Below, piece by piece: positions 1 through 6,788 of a DNA stretch of 32,000 nt. The translations under genes and the position numbers were made by a program. The notes beneath the pieces were generated by a model that was given only the letters and a program-made list of their open reading frames with translations, made no database searches and was not told where the DNA came from. Origin of the DNA: Candidatus Micrarchaeum sp. GTDB lineage: Archaea; Micrarchaeota; Micrarchaeia; Micrarchaeales; Micrarchaeaceae. The stretch spans positions 957,839 through 989,838 of the forward strand of contig NZ_CP060530.1 in the NCBI RefSeq assembly GCF_016806735.1, given 5' to 3'. Position 1 is the first letter of the stretch. Every line of letters starts with the position of its first letter.

Positions 1-32
1 TCCTCAGCGGGCTTGCCAGGGAGATACACGGA

Positions 33-374
33 ATGGTGAGGGATTACGATGGCGACGTGCATGCGGGAAGGATAAGGAACGTGGTTTTCTACATAGGCAA
101 GCCGCGCAGCTCGCAGCTTGCATTCATACTCTACATAGAAGCCATACTTATAAGCGTGTTCATGTTCTTCTTCAGCGTGCCTTTCAGGCTGAATCTGGCT
201 TATGCCGTGCCGATAGCAGCAGTAGACATCATGCTGGCTTACGTTGCTGTGGGGTATGTGTTGGGCAGGCATTCGGAAGGTTTCTTCAAGCTTTCCAGGA
301 ACCTCAGCCTTGGAGCAATGGCCCTGGCTATAATAGCTTACCTTATCGCAGGACTAGTCTTCTTGCCCATTTGA
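33..374 (+). CDS. hypothetical membrane protein (possibly 5'-truncated by window edge)
   Basis: 113-aa ORF with about three hydrophobic helices. The frame stays open to the window start, so the true start may lie upstream. No family recognised. Confidence 0.4.
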   Translation: MVRDYDGDVHAGRIRNVVFYIGKPRSSQLAFILYIEAILISVFMFFFSVPFRLNLAYAVPIAAVDIMLAYVAVGYVLGRHSEGFFKLSRNLSLGAMALAIIAYLIAGLVFLPI

Positions 375-431
375 AAATTGCTGCTACTAGCCATGAAAAA
401 GAAAATTAATGATAAAAAGAGAAATAGAAAA

Positions 432-1067
432 TTACTGCGAAGCGTACGACTGCGCCTTCTGCGCCTCTATCTTCGCTTCGAAGTCTTCTACTTTTAGCGT
501 GAACTCCTCGTTGGACTTTATGTCGCCCCTGTTCTTGAGCGTTTCCCTCGCAAGCAGGTAGTATATGAATGCCAGCGATTTCCTGCCCCTGTTGTTTGCA
601 GGAATTACCAGGTCTATGAATTTCATTGAATTGTCGGTATCGCTCAGGGCTATTATCGGTATGCCAATCTTGCTGGCCTCCTTTATCGCCTGCTTCTCGT
701 TCCTCGAGTCGCTTATCATTATGAGCTTTGGCTCTGTAAAGTCCTCCCTCAACGGGTTTGTGAATATGCCGGGTGTAACCCTCCCCTTTATGAACTTGGC
801 CTTTATGGTTTCTGCAAACTTTTCCGCAGCTGCAATGGCATAGACCCTCGATGCCGTTATTATCACGTCCCTCGGGTCGTATCTTGCTAGCATCTTGGCC
901 GCTATGGCTATCCTTGTGTCTATTGTCTTGAGGTCGAGCAGGTAAAGCCCGTCGTCCCTGACCTTGTATATGAAGCGCTCCATGCCAGGGCTTTTGACCT
1001 TTGTGGCTATGTGTATTCCCGCTTCAAGATAACCGTTCTGATCTACTATGAATCCTTCTTCGCTCAT
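432..1067 (-). CDS. rps2: 30S ribosomal protein S2 (uS2)
   Basis: 211 aa with the archaeal uS2/SA pattern (FIYKVRDDGLYLLDLKKT-like core, IPIIALSDTDN). Sits at the end of the conserved rpoN-S2 cluster. Confidence 0.95.
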   Translation of the reverse strand: MSEEGFIVDQNGYLEAGIHIATKVKSPGMERFIYKVRDDGLYLLDLKTIDTRIAIAAKMLARYDPRDVIITASRVYAIAAAEKFAETIKAKFIKGRVTPGIFTNPLREDFTEPKLIMISDSRNEKQAIKEASKIGIPIIALSDTDNSMKFIDLVIPANNRGRKSLAFIYYLLARETLKNRGDIKSNEEFTLKVEDFEAKIEAQKAQSYASQ

Positions 1068-1078
1068 TTTAACACCTT

Positions 1079-1187
1079 TGGGGCCGCCGAGATTTTCAGC
1101 ATTTGGAATGCTTTTGAATTCCCGTGCACAGGATCTCGGGTCGCCAGCACCCCAAGCTGGAAGCCTACCAAGCTAGCAGACGGCCCC
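1079..1187 (-). tRNA. tRNA-Pro (anticodon GGG) with about 36-nt non-canonical intron in the T-loop
   Basis: The minus strand reads GGGGCCG-TC-TGCT-AGCTTGGTA-GGCT-T-CCAGC-TTGGGGT-GCTGG-CGAC-CCGAG-[43 nt]-CTCGG-CGGCCCC-A. It has a 7-bp acceptor stem, U8, A14, G18G19, A21, U33 and G37, with anticodon GGG at 1153-1151. The T stem CCGAG/CTCGG encloses 43 nt instead of 7. Removing about 1096-1131 leaves T loop AUCAAAU. The D stem has one U-U mismatch. No CCA is encoded. Confidence 0.75.
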
Positions 1188-1230
1188 ATGCACGAATATT
1201 TTGCCGAAATACCTATAAATAACCTTGCTA

Positions 1231-1431
1231 TCACTTCCTGCCGCTCTCGACGAATTCGTCTATCAGCTCGACGTTGCTTATCATCATGCGCCTGCAGCAA
1301 TACCTTTTCAGGCCGAGGCTGTCGAGAACCTTGGCGCCGTCCTCGTGCTCCTTGTTGACGCGCCTGTCGTACTCTTCCCATTTGTCTCCTATAACAGCGC
1401 CGCATGTGAAACAGCGCACAGGTATCATCAT
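1231..1431 (-). CDS. rpoN: DNA-directed RNA polymerase subunit N (Rpo10)
   Basis: 66 aa starting [11 protein letters not shown], with the RYCCRRM zinc-binding signature. Conserved position after S9. Confidence 0.92.
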   Translation of the reverse strand: MMIPVRCFTCGAVIGDKWEEYDRRVNKEHEDGAKVLDSLGLKRYCCRRMMISNVELIDEFVESGRK

Positions 1432-1447
1432 GTTATCATCTTAAGCA

Positions 1448-1466
1448 TAAAAACCGGCAAAAGCCG
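1448..1466 (-). terminator. hairpin plus U5 tract between S9 and rpoN (terminator/attenuator-like)
   Basis: The minus-strand RNA reads CCGGC-UUUU-GCCGG followed directly by UUUUU. It lies in the 44-nt S9-rpoN spacer. Confidence 0.3.
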
Positions 1467-1475
1467 GAAAACCGA

Positions 1476-2009
1476 TCATCTGTATGAAGTCTGGTTGCGG
1501 GCCCTTGCCTTTGGTCCGAGGAACTTCTTTGGCTCCACGCGCCTTGCGTCGTCCTTCAGCAGATGCCTGTCGTAGCGCATGTACTCCTTCCTTACCGTGT
1601 CGGAGCCTGCAAACTCGCTTATGAGCTTTGCTATGGCGCTTCCTGAAGCCTGGGCCCTTCCGCTTATGCCGCCGCCCTTGACGTTTATGCTTATGTCAAG
1701 GCCGTCAGCTATGCCCTTTGTAATCTCATTGAAGTATACAGGCCTTAGTATTTCGTGCCTTATCTCTTCTGGCTTCATCGTCATCGCGTTCATGCCGTTT
1801 ATCCTTATTATTCCGGAGCCCGGCTTTCCTACTCCTCTGGCAATGCTGCGCTTTCTCTTGCTTTTAACTGTGACAACTTTGGCAGCTTTCTTTGCCGGCC
1901 TCTTCTTGGACCTTGAAGCCTTCTTGGGCTTTTCGGATTCCTCCTTCTGCTGTTCGGCCTTCTGCTCCTGCTTTGTTTCAACTTCTGCTTCTGCCATAAA
2001 TATCATCAT
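1476..2009 (-). CDS. rps9: 30S ribosomal protein S9 (uS9) with about 45-aa E/K-rich N-terminal extension
   Basis: The C-terminal core ends in the typical ...ARARNQTSYR. The start region overlaps the L13 stop (ATGA). The real start may be the MAEAE methionine at 1997. Confidence 0.9.
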   Translation of the reverse strand: MMIFMAEAEVETKQEQKAEQQKEESEKPKKASRSKKRPAKKAAKVVTVKSKRKRSIARGVGKPGSGIIRINGMNAMTMKPEEIRHEILRPVYFNEITKGIADGLDISINVKGGGISGRAQASGSAIAKLISEFAGSDTVRKEYMRYDRHLLKDDARRVEPKKFLGPKARARNQTSYR

Positions 2010-2464
2010 TTGTCTATGTTATATCCAAGAGTGTTGGACAGGTCCTTAAGCGTTATGTAGCCTGCGTATATCTCCTTTGCGCCTTTGATCTTTGGCTTTA
2101 TGCGCTCCTTGGATTTGAGCGCTTCAGGCTCTCCCATGAAAACCCTGAGCTTCCTGAAGGCTTCTTTTCCGCGAGGCCTTCTGTACGGAAGCATTCCCCT
2201 GACTATGCGCTTGAACAGCATGTCAGGCCTCCTCGACCAGTACGGCGAGTGCTCGGGGTTTTCCTTCTCCTGAAGGTTAAGCCTTGTCCTGTACTTGGCG
2301 GCCATGGGCTTGCGCTTCCCGCTTATTATCGCCTTCTCCGCATTTACGACTGCTACGTCATTGCCCTCCAGCAGGTTCTTTGCTATCATGCTGGCTATCC
2401 TTCCCAGAACCTGCCCGTCGGCATCGTATACTAAACATTTCTCAATATCAAACCTTTCAGGCAT
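2006..2464 (-). CDS. rpl13: 50S ribosomal protein L13 (uL13)
   Basis: 152 aa with DADGQVLGRIAS...VVVNAEKAIISG and the RGMLP motif. Conserved L18e-L13-S9 order. Confidence 0.95.
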   Translation of the reverse strand: MPERFDIEKCLVYDADGQVLGRIASMIAKNLLEGNDVAVVNAEKAIISGKRKPMAAKYRTRLNLQEKENPEHSPYWSRRPDMLFKRIVRGMLPYRRPRGKEAFRKLRVFMGEPEALKSKERIKPKIKGAKEIYAGYITLKDLSNTLGYNIDK

Positions 2465-2475
2465 TTAGAGCACCA

Positions 2476-2838
2476 TCATATTATAATACGAACGTTTTTC
2501 TTGCTTACCATTTCCTTTATTGTTGAAGTGCTGCTCCCGGCTTTGCTTATCCTCTCCAGGGCGCTGCCGGAGAACTCCAGTGCTGCAATGTTCACCTTGT
2601 GGCTCAGCGAGCCTATGGAAAGGACCTTTCCCGGCACTATGACATTGTCGCCTTCCTTGGTGTACTTGTCTATCTTGTACAGGTTGACGCTGACGCGCCT
2701 CCTTTTCGGCACCGCAATGAGGCTGTAGAGCTTCTTTGCAACTGGCTTCGCATTCTCGCCCTTTGACATTTCGGAGAGCATGCTAATGGCATCGCGTATG
2801 TCCTTCCTTTCTGGAGTTATCTTCATGAATTTCACCAT
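2476..2838 (-). CDS. rpl18e: 50S ribosomal protein L18e (eL18)
   Basis: L18e-like core (RRRVSVNLYKIDKY...VPGKVLS.G.L.HKV.IAALEFS). The track ORF start at 2871 overlaps the tRNA-Leu, so the ATG at 2838 (or 2826) is preferred. Confidence 0.85.
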   Translation of the reverse strand: MVKFMKITPERKDIRDAISMLSEMSKGENAKPVAKKLYSLIAVPKRRRVSVNLYKIDKYTKEGDNVIVPGKVLSIGSLSHKVNIAALEFSGSALERISKAGSSTSTIKEMVSKKNVRIII

Positions 2839-2846
2839 GATTTTTA

Positions 2847-2954
2847 TGCGGGGGGTGAGATTTGAACTCACGCAGTCACTAAAGACACAGGAGTTCTAAG
2901 TTTTGTGCAAAACTCCTCAGTCCTGCGCATTTGGCCATGCTCTGCCACCCCCGC
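2847..2954 (-). tRNA. tRNA-Leu (anticodon GAG), class II, with 21-nt intron at the canonical 37/38 position
   Basis: The minus strand reads GCGGGGG-TG-GCA-GAGCATGGCCAAA-TGC-G-CAGGA-CTGAGG-[intron about 2894-2914]-C-TCCTG-16-nt variable arm-GTGAG-TTCAAAT-CTCAC-CCCCCGC-A. It has a perfect 7-bp acceptor stem, a canonical T arm, U33 and G37. Anticodon GAG is at 2918-2916. The mature length of 87 nt fits a long-variable-arm tRNA. Confidence 0.85.
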
Positions 2955-2959
2955 ATGGG

Positions 2960-3547
2960 TTAGAGCTTCTTAGCTACTTTAGAGACTTCCTTGATTCTTT
3001 CCTTTATTGTGTCGCAAGCCTTATTAATGATTTCTTTGGGTGGCATTTGGCCAAATGATTCAATATAAAAGTTGAACGAGTCGTCGCCAGTCGGTTCTAC
3101 GGCCACTAGCCCTGGCTGAAACTTGGCATGCTTTACTGCAGTCCCCATTCTGGCTTTGCCCTCGATCCTGATGCGCTGGCCGGTTCCGAGCTTTATTATC
3201 GGGATTCCTTCAGATGCAACTCTGACCTCTTTGTCTGTGCTCTGGAGATCCTTCGAATAAACGGTTATCGGGCCTGTTGCTTCTGCAGTAAAAAGGATCT
3301 CGTCTTCATCCTTGTATCCAGAAGAGGGAGTGATTATTGGCACCAGGCCTATCCTGTGCGCAATGTATTCATCGAACATAGGGCTTGTATTTTCGTAGAA
3401 CGTAACCGAGTCTATGGCAAAAGTCTTCACTGAGTTTATTGCGGCCCTCCTGAGCACGTTTGCATTGCTCTCCGTTATGCCGCTAATGCTGAACCTGAAA
3501 GCCTTTTCGTTGTTCTCCTGAACCTTTATATTCATATAGTCACGCAA
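2960..3547 (-). CDS. rpoD: DNA-directed RNA polymerase subunit D (Rpo3)
   Basis: 195 aa with NANVLRRAAINSV, MFDEYIAHRIGLVPI and GQRIRIEGKAR.GT..HAKF.P. The start may be the second ATG at 3535 (MNIKV). Confidence 0.9.
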   Translation of the reverse strand: MRDYMNIKVQENNEKAFRFSISGITESNANVLRRAAINSVKTFAIDSVTFYENTSPMFDEYIAHRIGLVPIITPSSGYKDEDEILFTAEATGPITVYSKDLQSTDKEVRVASEGIPIIKLGTGQRIRIEGKARMGTAVKHAKFQPGLVAVEPTGDDSFNFYIESFGQMPPKEIINKACDTIKERIKEVSKVAKKL

Positions 3548-3757
3548 TTTTTAGACAATGAGCATTAAAAATACGCATTAGCTCAAGCGCAAAGCCACAA
3601 ATGGCCTGTGAATAGTTATTACATACGAATATTTATAAATTTTCATTGGCGCACAGCAGAGCTGTTATTTGGAAACCAAGTCAAACCCGGCAGGGCAAAG
3701 GATAAAAGGGTTTGATACCGAATAGCTACAGGTTCAAATTGCAATGGCGCATGTTTT

Positions 3758-4417
3758 ATGGGAGAGGCTAGGCAGAAAGAGGCATACCGCATGACAACAG
3801 CGAACGGCACAATACCTGTGGCATTTTCGGAAATCCTTGGAAAGCTGCTCAAAGAGCAGGGCAGCAAAGCGAAGGTAGACCTTTCTTACAGGGAAAGGAG
3901 GCATATATCCAAGGTCAAGATGGACCAATACGAGGACGTAAAATATGTAAAGGTGGGCTCCAATGGAGAAACGGACTTCAAGGTGCCATTCAGCGAGAGG
4001 TACATAGCCGCTTTGGACATAACTTATTCGCTCATTGCCAGCCTTTACGACGTGAATTCTTCAAGGCTTGTCGCATTCAACGTGTTCGAGAATCCTGAAG
4101 CCTGCATAAAGGGCTTTTCTGCTTTCATCAGTAAAGCTAAAAGGGGAAACATTGAGGCCAGGCTAATAGGAATGCAGAACGGCCAGGATACCGCAATGCT
4201 GAATCAAATAGCTGATTTTATAAGCAAGCGGAGGATACCGCTGGTTGAAGCTGACCTTTTCGGGAACGAGGCTAGGCACATAGCCTTTGATTCGAAGCAG
4301 GGAATGAGCTTTACCGTGCTTGTAAACAACATAAACTACAGGCCCGGGGAGCTCGTAAGCAAGCTAACGATGGACCAGTTCAGGCGCTCACTCATAGAAG
4401 CTCCTTCTCAAAAATAG
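3758..4417 (+). CDS. CheD-like fold protein (apparently catalytically degenerate), function unknown
   Basis: From memory, residues about 60-205 resemble chemoreceptor glutamine deamidase CheD. VKVGSNGETDFKV compares with VKVGIADMKV, and RIPLVEADLFGNEARHIAFDSKQG compares with RIPIIAEDVGGHYGRTIEFDSATG. There is a 60-aa N-terminal extension. The assignment rests on pattern recall, not a search. Confidence 0.5.
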   Translation: MGEARQKEAYRMTTANGTIPVAFSEILGKLLKEQGSKAKVDLSYRERRHISKVKMDQYEDVKYVKVGSNGETDFKVPFSERYIAALDITYSLIASLYDVNSSRLVAFNVFENPEACIKGFSAFISKAKRGNIEARLIGMQNGQDTAMLNQIADFISKRRIPLVEADLFGNEARHIAFDSKQGMSFTVLVNNINYRPGELVSKLTMDQFRRSLIEAPSQK

Positions 4418-4934
4418 TCTCGTATGCGGCGCTGGATTTTCCAAGGATGCTTTTCTTGAATTCCATCCTATTTACAATGAAAAGCTCTGAGCCCTTCCAG
4501 CATTTGGATGAGAGCTCAGCCATCTTGTTAAGGCTTTTCGATTGGCCCCTAGCTATGCTGACATGAGGGACAAAAACCCTTTTGTCGATATCAAGCAATT
4601 CAGTTACATTGAGAAGCCCGGAATGCAGCCTTTCCTGTATTGATGCTGCATCCTCTGCGCCTTTTTCCAAGCCTACAAAAGCAACGCTGGACTTATTGCC
4701 GAAAGTGGATACGGGCCCGAGTTTTGCTTCAAAACTGCTTGCCTCAAAACTTTTCATTAAAGAAGAAACTGTATTGGCAGTGTCTTCACTTATATCGCCG
4801 AGAAACTCAAGCGTTATGTGCAAATTCTGCTCAGGTATCGGCTTGGCTCCGCACCTTATCGCCAAACCAGAAAGCTCAGCGTATAAAGATTTCCTTATTT
4901 GTTCTGGTATGCACAAAGCAATGAAAGCCCTCAT
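4392..4934 (-). CDS. thpR: RNA 2',3'-cyclic phosphodiesterase / 2'-5' RNA ligase family (2H phosphoesterase)
   Basis: Two H-x-T/S motifs (LHITLEFLG and PHVSIAR) at the spacing typical of LigT/ThpR. The internal ATG at 4934 (MRAFIAL) is preferred, with a TTTAAAG TATA-like box about 35 nt upstream. Confidence 0.8.
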   Translation of the reverse strand: MRAFIALCIPEQIRKSLYAELSGLAIRCGAKPIPEQNLHITLEFLGDISEDTANTVSSLMKSFEASSFEAKLGPVSTFGNKSSVAFVGLEKGAEDAASIQERLHSGLLNVTELLDIDKRVFVPHVSIARGQSKSLNKMAELSSKCWKGSELFIVNRMEFKKSILGKSSAAYETIFEKELL

Positions 4935-5159
4935 GCCAGCACCAAAGCACAATACGATAGGTATACGGAACTTTAAAGCGTTTCCGTTGGTGATAGAGAA
5001 GTATTGTTTTTCATTTAAAATATCAGAACAATTTCTCATTTTACAGTTTTATTCCCTGCATTCTGGTTGGTGTTGCAGCATTAGAAAAATCAAGATGCGA
5101 ATAGAAAACCACAAAACAAATATAAAGATATCTGTAGAAACACATATTCGTTTAGTGTA

Positions 5160-6788
5160 ATGATGAAACACAAATATATCGTTGTGACAGGTTCGTTGAT
5201 GAGCGGGCTTGGAAAAGGAATAGTCACCTCATCGATTTTGAAACTCTTGAAGCTCTACGGTGTCAAGTCTCTTCCTATAAAATTCGACGGATATTTGAAT
5301 TATGACTGCGGAACCATGAATCCCTTCAGGCACGGGGAAGTCTTTGTGCTCGATGACAAGGGAGAAGTTGACATGGATTTCGGAAATTATGAAAGATTCC
5401 TCAACGAAAGCGTCAGCTCCGAGCTGTCTATAACCGGAGGAAAACTTTTTTCCGAAGTCATAAGCAGGGAAAGAAGGGGCGAATATTTGGGCAGGGACGT
5501 CCAGATAATACCGCACATAACAGATTATTTGAAGAGCAGAATAAAGGATGTAGCAGAGCGAAAAAAGCTGGAGGTCCTTGTCATAGAGGTTGGGGGCACG
5601 GTAGGGGATATAGAAAACAGCTATTTTATAGAGGCAATGAGGCAGCTCTCATCCGAGGAGGATGTCACATTCATAAATCTAACATACGTGCCGGAGCTTG
5701 AAGGCGTAGGCGAGCAGAAAACCAAGCCGACGCAGATAGCGCTGAGGTCGCTCATGCAGATGGGCATACAGCCAAAATTCATAATATGCAGGTCGCAGAG
5801 GCCCCTGGAAGAATCCACAAGGGAGAAGATAGCCCTTTTCGCAAGCATAAAGCCGCAGAGGGTAATAGATGACAGCGAGATAAAGAATATATACGAGCTT
5901 CCTATAAAGCTCATGAGGCAGAATTTCGACAAAATGCTTCTTGAAGAGCTCGGGTTCGAAAACAGGAAGATGGACAAAAAGGGGCTGAAGTCGTGGAAGA
6001 ACTTCGTGAATTTCCTTAACGACGGAGTAAGAAATAGGGCCAGGGTTGCTGTAGTTGGAAAGTACGTTAAGCTAAGGGATTCGTATGCAAGCGTCAAGGA
6101 GGCCGTGACGCATGCTGCCTATGCCAATGACGCAAAGGTTGATTTGGACTGGATAGAATCCGAAACGCTTGAAGGCAAAAGCGGCAGCGAGATAAAGAAT
6201 ATCCTGGATTCTTACGACGGCATAATAGTACCAGGAGGCTTTGGCAAAAGAGGGATAGAAGGAATGATAAACGCCATAGAGTTTTCAAGGGAAAACGATA
6301 GGGCTTACCTTGGCTTATGCCTTGGGATGCAGCTCATGGCGATAGAATACGCACGCAACGTGTGCAAGCTTAAAAACGCAAACTCTTCGGAATTCGACCC
6401 AAAGACCAAGCATGAGATAATAGGATTGATGGAAGACCAGAAGAGCGTGAAGCTCAAAGGAGGCACGATGAGGCTGGGCGCATGGCCGGTCCAGATAAGC
6501 AAAGGAACGCTGGCTTACGATGCTTACGGGTCCCAGAAGGCAAGCGAAAGGCACAGGCACAGGTACGAATTCAACAACAAGTACAAGCAGCTTCTTTCGC
6601 GCAACGGCCTTGTCATAAGCGGAACATCGCCAGACAAGCGCATAGTTGAAATCATAGAATGGAGCTCCCGCTTGGGCATAGGAACGCAGGCTCATCCGGA
6701 GCTGAAATCGAGGCCCGAGGATCCGGCGCCACTTTTCAGGGCTTTCATGAAAGCCGCGGTAGAGCACAACAGAAAAGTTTCATCTTAG
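5160..6788 (+). CDS. pyrG: CTP synthase
   Basis: 542 aa. N-terminal synthetase domain (YIVVTGS..SGLGKG, DPYLN-like GYLNYDCGTMNP) and C-terminal GATase domain (LGLCLGMQ, HRHRYE). Confidence 0.97.
   Translation: MMKHKYIVVTGSLMSGLGKGIVTSSILKLLKLYGVKSLPIKFDGYLNYDCGTMNPFRHGEVFVLDDKGEVDMDFGNYERFLNESVSSELSITGGKLFSEVISRERRGEYLGRDVQIIPHITDYLKSRIKDVAERKKLEVLVIEVGGTVGDIENSYFIEAMRQLSSEEDVTFINLTYVPELEGVGEQKTKPTQIALRSLMQMGIQPKFIICRSQRPLEESTREKIALFASIKPQRVIDDSEIKNIYELPIKLMRQNFDKMLLEELGFENRKMDKKGLKSWKNFVNFLNDGVRNRARVAVVGKYVKLRDSYASVKEAVTHAAYANDAKVDLDWIESETLEGKSGSEIKNILDSYDGIIVPGGFGKRGIEGMINAIEFSRENDRAYLGLCLGMQLMAIEYARNVCKLKNANSSEFDPKTKHEIIGLMEDQKSVKLKGGTMRLGAWPVQISKGTLAYDAYGSQKASERHRHRYEFNNKYKQLLSRNGLVISGTSPDKRIVEIIEWSSRLGIGTQAHPELKSRPEDPAPLFRAFMKAAVEHNRKVSS

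Noticed and set aside
1011-1405. Track ORFs 1011..1358 (+) and 1064..1405 (-).
   Set aside because: They overlap the tRNA-Pro and the well-supported rpoN frame, and their Arg-rich compositions are implausible for real proteins.
2839-2871. Long start of the L18e ORF at 2871.
   Set aside because: It would overlap 25 nt of the tRNA-Leu gene, and the added residues are not L18e-like. An internal ATG at 2838 or 2826 is preferred.
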